From contig NZ_CP059223.1 of the NCBI RefSeq assembly GCF_014252415.1, positions 390,001 through 422,000 of the forward strand: a stretch of DNA of 32,000 nt, in the 5' to 3' direction. The notes under the pieces are model-generated. The model made no database searches, was not told the DNA's origin, and saw only the letters and a program-made list of their open reading frames with translations. A program made the position numbers and the translations under genes. Within the stretch, counting starts at the first letter, position 1, and every line of letters begins with the position of its first letter. Below are positions 9,235-19,726 of the stretch, one piece after another. The stretch comes from Candidatus Saccharimonadota bacterium. GTDB taxonomy: Bacteria; Bacteroidota; Bacteroidia; Flavobacteriales; Blattabacteriaceae.

Positions 9235-9749
9235 AATTTTTTATTGTTTATTTCAATATTTTTAATACTTTTATCAAATAAATATATACCTAATTGGTTA
9301 TTTTTTATTAATTGAATTTTATTTAAAAGCATTTTAATTAAGGATTCTTCTTCAATTTGTTCCTTTACAAACCATTGTAAAAAATTATATGTAAAATGAT
9401 CTTTTTCTTTTAAAGAAAGTTCTAATAATAAATTAATTTCATGAGAAATTAATTTCTCATGTTCAAATAATTTTTCAAAAATTATCTCTAATGATTCATA
9501 ATTTTCATTTTTGATATAGAATTTATTATCATAATTAATTTTTACGAAATCACCACCTCTTCCATTAAGATACCTTATTAATTTTAACATATGATATCTT
9601 TCTTCATTAGAATGATCATATAAAAAATTACATACTCCATCAAATCCATTTGATTCTGACCAAGAAGCCATATTTAAATATATATGAGAAGATTCTAATT
9701 CTCTATTAGATTGTTTTATTAAAGCAATTTTAATCTTTTCTTTCATCAT
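9231..9749 (-). CDS. ftnA: Ferritin (non-heme, Ftn type)
   Basis: 172 aa. Ferroxidase-centre residues occur in the expected contexts (ELESSHIY, NEERYH, EHEKL, LQWFVKEQIEEE). Confidence 0.88.
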   Translation of the reverse strand: MMKEKIKIALIKQSNRELESSHIYLNMASWSESNGFDGVCNFLYDHSNEERYHMLKLIRYLNGRGGDFVKINYDNKFYIKNENYESLEIIFEKLFEHEKLISHEINLLLELSLKEKDHFTYNFLQWFVKEQIEEESLIKMLLNKIQLIKNNQLGIYLFDKSIKNIEINNKKL

Positions 9750-10642
9750 AACATATTAATTTTTTTTAAACAATTTTCTACTTTTTTATTTAATGAGGAT
9801 GTACCAACTAATAATGGTAATCTAACATATGGTTTACATAGCCCCATTATATTTAATAATGTTTTTATCCCAGTAGGATTACCTTCTTCATAGATTAAAT
9901 ACATCATATCTAAAATATTATAAAATATAGAAAAAGATTTTTTTAAATCGTTTTTTTGTGCCAAATATACCATATCAGATATTTTTTTTGGTAATCCCTG
10001 CGCTATTACAGAAATTACTCCTTTTCCTCCTCCAATTATTATTGGGATAGTTATAAAATCATCTCCTGATATTAAAATAAAATTAGTTGATTTATTAAAT
10101 TTTATAATGTTATAAGATTGTAATATATCGCCTGAAGCTTCTTTTATTCCTATTACGTTATTTTTAAAATTACTTGATAATTTTATTATTGTTTGATAAT
10201 GAATATTTGATCCTGTTCTTTTAGGTACATTATATATAATAATTTTAATATTTGTATTATTAATTATCGATTTAAAATGATTATATATTCCATTTTGTGA
10301 TGGTCTATTATAATAAGGAGAAACAGAAAGAATACAATAAAATTGAAATAAATTTTTCATATAATTTATTTGATTTATAACATCAACAGTATTATTTCCT
10401 CCAATACCTAAAATTAATGGTAATTTTTTAAAATTAAAATATTTAATACATTCAACAACATCTCGTTTTTCTTCTTTAGATAAAGTAGAAGATTCTGAAG
10501 TAGTTCCTAATGCAACTAAATAATCAATATTATTATTCAATACATGTTTTATAATATTTTCTAATCCATTAAAATCAATATTTCCATTTTTTTTAAATGG
10601 AGTAACCAACGCTACACCTGTCCCATATAATTTTTCCATCAT
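9746..10642 (-). CDS. dapA: 4-hydroxy-tetrahydrodipicolinate synthase
   Basis: 298 aa. GTTSES motif and catalytic lysine context IGIKEASGD. It overlaps the ftn start by 4 nt. Confidence 0.94.
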   Translation of the reverse strand: MMEKLYGTGVALVTPFKKNGNIDFNGLENIIKHVLNNNIDYLVALGTTSESSTLSKEEKRDVVECIKYFNFKKLPLILGIGGNNTVDVINQINYMKNLFQFYCILSVSPYYNRPSQNGIYNHFKSIINNTNIKIIIYNVPKRTGSNIHYQTIIKLSSNFKNNVIGIKEASGDILQSYNIIKFNKSTNFILISGDDFITIPIIIGGGKGVISVIAQGLPKKISDMVYLAQKNDLKKSFSIFYNILDMMYLIYEEGNPTGIKTLLNIMGLCKPYVRLPLLVGTSSLNKKVENCLKKINML

Positions 10643-10775
10643 AAATTTGTAATTAGTTTACTAAAAATTAATGAAATTATCTAATACAGTTAAAATATTA
10701 AATAAAATAAAAAACAGATGTAAGCGCATAACAATAAATATTTATAATTAAAGTATCATACTTAAATGTAGATAA

Positions 10776-11051
10776 TTAATAATCTTTTTTTGTTCTTGGT
10801 CTGGCTGCAGATACAATGATATTTCTTCCCATAAATTCAGTTCCATTTAATTTGTCTATAGCACGTTTAGCACTTTCTTCATCAGACATTTCTATAAAAC
10901 CAAAACCTTTGCTTCTTTTACTTGATGTAGTTTCATCAAAAATAATTTTAGCATGGTTAACAGTACCTATAGATTCAAAATGTTTCTTTAACTCTTGTTC
11001 TGTCATATCATATGATAAATTTCCTACGTATAATTTCGTGTTATTGTCCAT
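10776..11051 (-). CDS. RRM-domain RNA-binding protein
   Basis: 91 aa. RNP2 motif LYVGNL and RNP1 motif KGFGFIEM. Confidence 0.9.
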   Translation of the reverse strand: MDNNTKLYVGNLSYDMTEQELKKHFESIGTVNHAKIIFDETTSSKRSKGFGFIEMSDEESAKRAIDKLNGTEFMGRNIIVSAARPRTKKDY

Positions 11052-11276
11052 AGTTTATGAATTATTATTTATAAAGATTACTTACTTACTATATTTTAAG
11101 TTATTTATTAAAACTTAACTTAACTTATCTGAAGTAAGACTATATAAAATACTTAAAAATATACAAACTGTTATAATTAAAAAATAAAAAAATTTTTTAT
11201 TTGACTAAATATAATTATTAAAATTTTAGATATTGTTCATTCAATTTTTTTATATTTTTAGACTTTAAAAAAAATA

Positions 11277-12458
11277 ATGATTTTCATGGATAATTCTTTT
11301 TTTATCTCATCATTATTAGATAATGATTTTTATAAATTTACTATGCAAAATGCTGTTATTAAATTATTTCCTTTAGTAAAAGCTCAATACGAATTTATTA
11401 ATAGAGGAAAACATTTTTTTCCAAAAAATTTTTCTAACATTTTAGAAAAAAATATAAAGAATATGGCTCATTTAAAACTATCATATAATGAAAAAATATT
11501 TTTAAAAAAATATTGTCCTTGCTTAGATAATTCATACTTAGATTTTTTAGATAAATATCAATATAATCCAAAAGAAGTAAAAATTAAACAAAAAGGAAAA
11601 TCTATAAAAATAAAAATAAGGGGATTATGGAGTAAGACTATTTTATGGGAAGTACCATTAATGTCTATTATATCTGAACTATATTATAAATTAACTAGAG
11701 TAAAACCTCTATCAGACAAAACTATAATAAGACTAACTAAAAAAAAAATAAAAAAATATAAAGAATTAAAAGTAAAATTCGGAGAATTTGGGACAAGAAG
11801 AAGATATTCTTATCATATTCACAAACTAGTAATGAAAATTTTAATGGAAGAAGGTAAATCATTTTTTGTTGGAAGTAGCAATATACATTTATCAAAAATT
11901 TATTCAATAAAACCAGTAGGAACTCAAGGACACGAATGGATTATGTTTCATGCAGCTAAATATGGATTCAATATAGCAGATAAAATTGCTATGGAAAATT
12001 GGATAAATATTTACAATGATAGATTAGGAATAGCATTATCAGACACATATACATCTAAAATTTTTTTTAAAAATTTTAACAAAAAATTATCAAATATCTA
12101 TAAGGGAGTTAGACATGATAGTGGTAATCCTATTTCGTTTATTAATGAAACAATAACACATTATAAAAAATTAAAAATAAATCCTAATAAAAAAAAAATT
12201 ATATTTTCAGATAATATGAATCCATTCAAAGTAGATTATATTTCTTCTTTTTGTAAGGGTAAAATTACTCCATTGTTTGGAATAGGAACAAACTTCACTA
12301 ACGATGTTGGTGTTAATCCCTTAAATATAGTAATAAAAATGACAAAAATATTTATAAAAAGAAAATGGATATCAGTAATAAAATTATCAAATTCAATAGA
12401 AAAATCTACAGGAAATAAAAAAATGATTGTTTTTGCTAAAAAAAGACTTCACATTTGA
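11277..12458 (+). CDS. pncB: Nicotinate phosphoribosyltransferase
   Basis: 393 aa. LLDNDFYKFTM N-terminus, FGTRRR motif and GTQGHEW (phospho-His context). The start could be 11277 or the ATG at 11286. Confidence 0.93.
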   Translation: MIFMDNSFFISSLLDNDFYKFTMQNAVIKLFPLVKAQYEFINRGKHFFPKNFSNILEKNIKNMAHLKLSYNEKIFLKKYCPCLDNSYLDFLDKYQYNPKEVKIKQKGKSIKIKIRGLWSKTILWEVPLMSIISELYYKLTRVKPLSDKTIIRLTKKKIKKYKELKVKFGEFGTRRRYSYHIHKLVMKILMEEGKSFFVGSSNIHLSKIYSIKPVGTQGHEWIMFHAAKYGFNIADKIAMENWINIYNDRLGIALSDTYTSKIFFKNFNKKLSNIYKGVRHDSGNPISFINETITHYKKLKINPNKKKIIFSDNMNPFKVDYISSFCKGKITPLFGIGTNFTNDVGVNPLNIVIKMTKIFIKRKWISVIKLSNSIEKSTGNKKMIVFAKKRLHI

Positions 12459-12480
12459 AAATGAAATTAAAATTAGAATA

Positions 12481-13791
12481 ATGAAAAGTTTTTATATAAA
12501 AAATTATGGGTGTCAAATGAATGTAGCTGATAGTGAAATTATAACATCTATATTGTTAAAAAAAGGATTTATTTTATCTAATCATATTGAAAATGCAAAA
12601 ATTATTTTATTTAACTCATGTTCCATAAGAAAAAAATCAGAACTAACAATAAAAAATCAAATAGATAAAATAAAATATTTAAAAAATAATGGATCATTAA
12701 TTGGATTAATAGGTTGTTTTTCAAAATCTTTTAAAGAATCATTATTAAATGAAAAAAAAATTGATTTTTTTATTAATCCTGATTCTTATAGAGAAATAGA
12801 AAATAAAATTTATAATAAAAATATTGTAAAAAATTTTTATAAAAGAAAAAAAGAAACATATGAAAATATTATTCCATATAAAAAATTAGATAAAAAAATT
12901 ACTACATTTTTAAGTATAACAAGAGGATGTAATAATATGTGTACTTTTTGTATTGTCCCATTTACAAGAGGAAGAGAAGTAAGTAATAATCCCTTTCTTA
13001 TTGTTGAAGAATGTAAAAGATTACAAAATCTTGGATATAAAGAAATAACTCTTTTAGGTCAAAATGTAGATTCATATTATTGGATAGATAATAATAATTT
13101 ATCATTTAATTTTGCTAATCTATTAGAATTAATTGCTAAAAAATTACCTACTGTTAGAATACGTTTCTCTACATCTAATCCTCATGATATGTCCAATGAA
13201 GTATTAAAAATAATATCTAAATATGATAATATATGTAATCATATTCATTTACCGGTTCAATCTGGTAGTAATAAAATATTAAAATTAATGAATAGAAAAT
13301 ATTCTAGAGAAGAATATTTATTCTTAATTAAGAAAATTAGAAAATTAATTCCAAATTGTTCAATATCTCATGATATTATGACAGGATTTTGTAATGAAGA
13401 AGATAATGATCATCTTGATACTCTTCATTTAATGGATGAAATTAAATATAATTATGGATATATGTTTTCTTATTCTCCAAGACCAGGAACGTATGCTTAT
13501 AATAATCTTATAGATAATGTACCGAAAAATATAAAAAAAAAAAGATTACAAGAAATTATAAAATTGCAAAACGAACATTCATTATATAGAATGAAGGAAT
13601 TTTTAGAAAAAACTCAAAAAGTACTAATAGAAGGTACTTCAAAAAAAAGTAATAATTATTGGTACGGAAGAAATTCACAAAATATAGTAGTTGTCTTTCC
13701 AAAAAAAATAAATTTAAAAATAGGAAATATAGCATTAGTTAATGTAAAAAAATTTACGTCTTCTACTTTGATTGGAGAAGCCATAAAATAG
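12481..13791 (+). CDS. miaB: tRNA-2-methylthio-N6-dimethylallyladenosine synthase
   Basis: The track ORF starts at 12427 and overlaps pncB. The ATG at 12481 gives the canonical N-terminus MKSFYIKNYGCQMN. Radical-SAM motif CNNMCTFC and a C-terminal TRAM-like region are present. Confidence 0.93.
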   Translation: MKSFYIKNYGCQMNVADSEIITSILLKKGFILSNHIENAKIILFNSCSIRKKSELTIKNQIDKIKYLKNNGSLIGLIGCFSKSFKESLLNEKKIDFFINPDSYREIENKIYNKNIVKNFYKRKKETYENIIPYKKLDKKITTFLSITRGCNNMCTFCIVPFTRGREVSNNPFLIVEECKRLQNLGYKEITLLGQNVDSYYWIDNNNLSFNFANLLELIAKKLPTVRIRFSTSNPHDMSNEVLKIISKYDNICNHIHLPVQSGSNKILKLMNRKYSREEYLFLIKKIRKLIPNCSISHDIMTGFCNEEDNDHLDTLHLMDEIKYNYGYMFSYSPRPGTYAYNNLIDNVPKNIKKKRLQEIIKLQNEHSLYRMKEFLEKTQKVLIEGTSKKSNNYWYGRNSQNIVVVFPKKINLKIGNIALVNVKKFTSSTLIGEAIK

Positions 13792-15102
13792 TTGATCATG
13801 GAATCTATTCAAAACATAAAACATAAATTCGGGATTATTGGTTATGATTACAAATTATATAGATCTCTAGAAAAAGCTATACAAGTAGCCCCAACTGATA
13901 TTTCAGTATTGGTTCTTGGAGAAAGTGGGGTAGGAAAAGAATTTATCCCAAAAATTATTCATCAATTTTCTTGTAGAAAACATCATTCATATATTGCTGT
14001 AAATTGTGGAGCAATACCTGAAGGGACTATTGATAGTGAATTATTTGGACATGAAAAAGGATCGTTTACTGGAGCAACTAACATGAGAAAAGGCTATTTT
14101 GAAGTAGCCAATGGAGGAACAATATTTTTAGACGAAGTTGGAGAATTACCTTTAACAACACAAGTTCGTTTATTACGAATTTTAGAATCTGGAGAATTTA
14201 TAAAAGTAGGTTCTTCTAAAATTCAAAAAACTGATATACGTATTGTTGCGGCAACTAATTTAAATATGGTAGAATCCATACAAAAAGGAAAATTTAGAGA
14301 AGATCTTTTTTATAGATTAAATACAGTACAAATAAATGTACCTCCTTTACGTTTTCGTAAGAGCGATATTAAATTTTTATTTAAAAAATTTTCAAATGAT
14401 TTTGCAGAAAAATACCAAATGCCTCCTATAATATTAAATGATAAATCATTAAAATATTTAGAAAATTATCCTTGGCCTGGTAATATTAGACAATTGAAAA
14501 ATTTGGTAGAACAAGTTTCAGTAGTAGAAACTAAAAGAAAAATAAATATAGATAAATTAAAAGAATATATTCCAGAAAATAAACCTTTATTATCTATATC
14601 AAAACCTAATTTTGATTCAAATAAAAAAACTTTTTTTCATAATATTTCTAGAGAGAGGGATTTTATTTATCAAATATTATTTGATATGAAAAATAATTTT
14701 AATGATTTAAAAAATATTGTTTATCAATTAATAAAAAATAATTCTAATCCTACATTTAATAAAGAAAATAGAGATCTTATTCATCGATTATTTGGAAAAA
14801 TATTTACTTCTCAAGATGAGTCTTTAAAAAAGAATCATGAAATCATAAATAAATCTATATTTCAAATAGAAAATCCATCCTTATATAAAAATAATTTAAA
14901 TGAAAACAATTTAGATTATGAAGAAATAGAAGAAGATTTATCTAAAAAAAATTCTTCTAACTCTTTTTCATTAGAAAAAAAAGAAATTGAATTTATTCAA
15001 AAAGCTTTAAAAAAAAATAAGGGAAAAAGAAGAAAAACAGCAAAAGAATTAGGGATATCGGAAAGAACTCTTTATAGAAAAATAAAACAATATGGATTAT
15101 AA
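13792..15102 (+). CDS. Sigma-54-dependent transcriptional activator (bacterial enhancer-binding protein), AAA+ and C-terminal Fis-type HTH, no N-terminal sensory domain
   Basis: 436 aa. Walker A GESGVGKE sits at residues 43-50, so there is no room for a receiver, GAF or PAS domain. ESELFGH-like SELFGHEKGSFTGA contains the GAFTGA-type sigma-54 contact loop as GSFTGA. Walker B is GGTIFLDEVGEL, and EDLFYRL and VPPLR are present. C-terminal HTH is KTAKELGISERTLYRKIKQYGL. The start is either TTG at 13792 or ATG at 13798. Confidence 0.92.
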   Translation: MIMESIQNIKHKFGIIGYDYKLYRSLEKAIQVAPTDISVLVLGESGVGKEFIPKIIHQFSCRKHHSYIAVNCGAIPEGTIDSELFGHEKGSFTGATNMRKGYFEVANGGTIFLDEVGELPLTTQVRLLRILESGEFIKVGSSKIQKTDIRIVAATNLNMVESIQKGKFREDLFYRLNTVQINVPPLRFRKSDIKFLFKKFSNDFAEKYQMPPIILNDKSLKYLENYPWPGNIRQLKNLVEQVSVVETKRKINIDKLKEYIPENKPLLSISKPNFDSNKKTFFHNISRERDFIYQILFDMKNNFNDLKNIVYQLIKNNSNPTFNKENRDLIHRLFGKIFTSQDESLKKNHEIINKSIFQIENPSLYKNNLNENNLDYEEIEEDLSKKNSSNSFSLEKKEIEFIQKALKKNKGKRRKTAKELGISERTLYRKIKQYGL

Positions 15103-15233
15103 AATAAAAAAAATATTCTAAACAAAATATATATACACAAGTAATAAAATATAGGAATTTTAACTATTTAGAATAATAAATTTAAATCTTTGTAAAATTA
15201 AGATAGAAAATATAATAAAATTATTTAAAGTAA

Positions 15234-15277
15234 TTAGATTTTATTTAATTAAATTTTAGATTTTATTTAATTAAATT
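15234..15277. repeat. Perfect 22-bp tandem duplication (2 copies) immediately upstream of secG
   Basis: ttagattttatttaattaaatt occurs at 15234-15255 and again at 15256-15277. It ends 8 nt before the secG ATG. Confidence 0.95.
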
Positions 15278-15285
15278 TATATATT

Positions 15286-15528
15286 ATGAAATACGAATAT
15301 GCAATTAATATATTAAGTTGTTTAATTGTTATAAATTCAATATTATTTATATTAATTATTTTAATACAAAATCCAAAAAAAGAAATTGTGAATCAGTCGT
15401 TTGTAGAAAAAAATTTTAAATTCTTTGGAATAAAAAAAACAAATACTATCCTAGATAATATCACATGGTTTCTATCTATTGTCATATTTTTTTTTGTTAT
15501 CATATTTAATTATTTACTAAAAAATTAA
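15286..15528 (+). CDS. secG: Preprotein translocase subunit SecG
   Basis: 80 aa with two TM segments. The first TM is followed by LIILIQNPKKE, the Bacteroidota SecG signature region. It lies directly upstream of groES-groEL, as in Flavobacteriales. Confidence 0.75.
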   Translation: MKYEYAINILSCLIVINSILFILIILIQNPKKEIVNQSFVEKNFKFFGIKKTNTILDNITWFLSIVIFFFVIIFNYLLKN

Positions 15529-15561
15529 AAAAAAAAAATGACAAAATGACATTTTTTTTTT
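15527..15561 (+). terminator. A/T-only hairpin after secG (A12-TG / CA-T10 stem, 9-nt loop); possible weak terminator
   Basis: aaaaaaaaaaaatg-acaaaatga-catttttttttt. It overlaps the secG stop. The stem is almost entirely A-U, so its stability is doubtful. It also contains the direct repeat ATGACA-AA-ATGACA. Confidence 0.3.
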
Positions 15562-15594
15562 AATTTTACTTACACAAAACAACCAATTCATAAT

Positions 15595-15611
15595 TTGGCA
15601 TGTTTTTGGCT
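15595..15611 (+). promoter_or_regulatory. Candidate sigma-54 (-24/-12) promoter for groES-groEL
   Basis: TTGGCATGTTTTTGGCT compared with the consensus YTGGCACGrNNNTTGCW. The invariant GG (15597-15598) and GC (15609-15610) are at the canonical spacing, with two mismatches in flanking conserved positions. It lies 35 nt upstream of the groES ATG. Confidence 0.55.
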
Positions 15612-15645
15612 ATTTATCTTAATCATATAAAAAATTATTAAAACT

Positions 15646-15924
15646 ATGATGGAAGTAAAGATTAAACCTTTATCAGATCGTGTTCTTGTACAACCTGATC
15701 CCGCTGAAACTAAAACGTCATCAGGTATTATTATTCCTGATACAGCAAAGGAAAAACCACAAAAAGGAACCATAGTAGCCGTAGGTACGGGTAAAAAAAA
15801 TGAACCAATGATTTTAAAAGAAGGAGATAGAATTTTATATGGAAAATATTCTGGAACAGAATTAAAATGGGAAGGAGAAGAGTACTTAATAATGAGAGAG
15901 TCTGATGTTATAGCTATTATATAA
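15646..15924 (+). CDS. groES: Co-chaperonin GroES
   Basis: 92 aa. [12 protein letters not shown]...[24 protein letters not shown] is the typical GroES sequence. Confidence 0.98.
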   Translation: MMEVKIKPLSDRVLVQPDPAETKTSSGIIIPDTAKEKPQKGTIVAVGTGKKNEPMILKEGDRILYGKYSGTELKWEGEEYLIMRESDVIAII

Positions 15925-15983
15925 AAAATAAAAATTATAATTATATATTTATTTTTTATAATTTTATTATTAGAAAAATCTAG

Positions 15984-17636
<1,653 letters not shown>

Positions 17637-17650
17637 AAAAAATATACAAA

Positions 17651-17682
17651 AAAAATAGTGTCTTTTGACACTATTTTTTTTT
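17651..17682. terminator. Rho-independent, probably bidirectional, terminator between convergent groEL and kdsC
   Basis: aaaa-ATAGTGTC-tttt-GACACTAT-tttttttt. An 8-bp stem (17655-17662 paired with 17667-17674) is flanked by an A-run and a T-run, so a hairpin plus U-tract forms on either strand. Confidence 0.65.
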
Positions 17683-17708
17683 AATTTACTCGTTAAAATT
17701 CTAAAATT

Positions 17709-18218
17709 TTAATTTTCCCAATTATCTTGAACTTTTAATGTTTTTTCTATAACATCTCTAACACAACCATTCCCCCCTTTTTTTGGAGAAATATATTTAG
17801 AAATATTTTTTATTTCTTGAACAGCATCAATTGGAGCACAAGGAAAAGCTACAGATTTCATTACTTCTAAATCTGGGATATCATCCCCCATATAAAGAAT
17901 ATTATTTTTTTCAATATTGAAAATTTTACAAAATTCATCTAAGTACTTTTTTTTATTTATAATTCCTTGATAAATATGACGAATATTTAAACTTCTTAAA
18001 CGTTTAAATACCATTAAATCTGATCCTCTTGTTATAACACAAATATTATAACCCTTTTTTTTTGCTAATTGTATTGCGTATCCATCCTTGGCAAACATTT
18101 GTCTTACTAAATTTCCATCTGGAAAAAGATTTAACGTACAATTAGTTAAAACTCCATCTACATCAAATATAAAAGTATCAATGCATTTCATTATGTTTAA
18201 ATATCCTTTATTTAACAT
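17709..18218 (-). CDS. kdsC: HAD-IIIA phosphatase, KdsC-type (3-deoxy-D-manno-octulosonate 8-phosphate phosphatase)
   Basis: 169 aa. Motif I FDVDGVLT, motif IV GDDIPD, and the size and layout of KdsC. Confidence 0.8.
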   Translation of the reverse strand: MLNKGYLNIMKCIDTFIFDVDGVLTNCTLNLFPDGNLVRQMFAKDGYAIQLAKKKGYNICVITRGSDLMVFKRLRSLNIRHIYQGIINKKKYLDEFCKIFNIEKNNILYMGDDIPDLEVMKSVAFPCAPIDAVQEIKNISKYISPKKGGNGCVRDVIEKTLKVQDNWEN

Positions 18219-18226
18219 AAAAATTA

Positions 18227-18640
18227 TTATATATCTTCAAAATTTACATTTGTAAAATTTTTTATTTCTGATTTTTTTTGAGATGTTTTATATCCATGAT
18301 TATATGATGAATGATTTTTAAAATCTTTTTGATGACGTTCTGATATAACTTCTTTTCCTTTTTCATTTATAATAAATATAATCATATCGTTAAGTATACT
18401 TTGAAATTTAGAAAAATCTTCTTTATACAAATAAATTTTGTGTTTTTTATAAGTTATTTCACCATTTTCCGTAAAATTTTTCTTACTTTCAGTAATTGTT
18501 AAATAATAATCACCTGCTCTTGTTTCTCTTGCATCAAAAAAATACGTACGACTTCCTGTTTTCAAAGTTCTTGAACATATCTCATTTCTATCTTTATTAA
18601 TATTTCCTTTTTCGTCCATTTTTTTTATAATTAAATACAT
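18227..18640 (-). CDS. PUR-alpha-like nucleic-acid-binding protein (Bacteroidota DUF3276 family)
   Basis: 137 aa. The core RTYFFDARETRAGDYYLTITESKK...KIYLYKEDFSKF matches my recollection of the DUF3276/PUR family signature. Confidence 0.7.
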   Translation of the reverse strand: MYLIIKKMDEKGNINKDRNEICSRTLKTGSRTYFFDARETRAGDYYLTITESKKNFTENGEITYKKHKIYLYKEDFSKFQSILNDMIIFIINEKGKEVISERHQKDFKNHSSYNHGYKTSQKKSEIKNFTNVNFEDI

Positions 18641-18814
18641 TAAAACAAATCTAAATAAAAAAAATAAAATGAACTATTTTTTTTTACTTCGTTTAATTAA
18701 TTTATTCTATACGAATTCCTATTATTTAATATATTAATAATAATTTTTTATAAATTTGAGTTTATAATTACATATTATTCATCATAATTAATATTTAATT
18801 ACATTATTAAAAAA

Positions 18815-19714
18815 ATGTCCATAAGAAGAGAGTTTAGAATAAGAAGTTTACAATTCTTATATGCACAACATATTTCTGAAATAGATCTTTATCAAATAGA
18901 AAAAATTATGTTAAAAAGTATTGAAAATTTGCATAATCTATATACATCTTTTTTATGTTTAATATTAGTTATTAGAAATAATATTATAGATTTATTAAAG
19001 AAAAAAAATAATGATAATTTATTATTAAAAAAATTTGTTAATAACTCTATTTTAAAAATATTATCTGATAATAAATATTTAATGATAATATATAATTCTT
19101 CTAACAATTTATGGAAAAAAGAAAATAATCTTATATTATCTTTATTAAAGGATTTAAAAAATATAAATAATAATAATGAATTAAATAATAATTTATTTTC
19201 TTTTGAAGAAGATAAAAAATTTATAATAAAATATTATAAAAATAATATTATAAATAATTTAAAATTAAAAGAATATGTAGAAGATTTATTTATTAATGGA
19301 ATAGAAAATAATTATATAGCTCATAATATGGTATGTAAAACTTTACAATTCATAAAAAATTCTATAAATCCAAATTTTAAATTATATAATATTTATAACA
19401 ATATAGAAAACAAAAAATTTATTATTAATTTATATAGAAATACAATTATTCATAAAAAAGAATTTAATAACTTAATAAGCCGTACATCCAATAATTGGGA
19501 TATAAAAAGAATGGGAGTCATAGACTTAATTATATTGCAAATGGCTACATGTGAATTTTTATATTTTCCAAATATACCACCAAGAGCAACTATGAATGAA
19601 TATATTGAAATTACAAAAATTTTTTGTATGAAAAAAAGTAAAGCTTTTATAAACGGGATATTAGATCAAATATATAAGTTTTTGTATAAAGAAAAAAAAA
19701 TATCGAAATACTAA
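18815..19714 (+). CDS. nusB: Transcription antitermination factor NusB (long Bacteroidota form)
   Basis: 299 aa. N-terminus RREFRIRSLQFLYA. The C-terminal NusB core is WDIKRMGVIDLIILQMATCEFLYFPNIPPRATMNEYIEITKIF...AFINGILDQI. Confidence 0.88.
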   Translation: MSIRREFRIRSLQFLYAQHISEIDLYQIEKIMLKSIENLHNLYTSFLCLILVIRNNIIDLLKKKNNDNLLLKKFVNNSILKILSDNKYLMIIYNSSNNLWKKENNLILSLLKDLKNINNNNELNNNLFSFEEDKKFIIKYYKNNIINNLKLKEYVEDLFINGIENNYIAHNMVCKTLQFIKNSINPNFKLYNIYNNIENKKFIINLYRNTIIHKKEFNNLISRTSNNWDIKRMGVIDLIILQMATCEFLYFPNIPPRATMNEYIEITKIFCMKKSKAFINGILDQIYKFLYKEKKISKY

Positions 19715-19726
19715 TATTAATTTTAA

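Noticed and set aside
11081-11140. CTTACTTACT and (AACTT)x3 microsatellite-like motifs, with a weak imperfect hairpin, in the 5' leader of the RRM RNA-binding protein gene.
   Set aside because: The stem is only 4+3 bp with a bulge and is A/T-rich. Short pentanucleotide iterations are expected by chance at this base composition. I cannot support a regulatory call.
12427-12480. N-terminal extensions in the ORF track for miaB (12427-12480) and gcvT (25456-25491).
   Set aside because: The extensions overlap the preceding genes (pncB, queD) and add non-homologous residues. Internal ATGs at 12481 and 25492 give canonical family N-termini.
15529-15645. CIRCE/HrcA operator (TTAGCACTC-N9-GAGTGCTAA) or a sigma-32-type heat-shock promoter upstream of groES.
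   Set aside because: No CIRCE-like inverted repeat is present, and no convincing sigma-32 boxes. The only structured signal is the sigma-54-like element reported as a finding.
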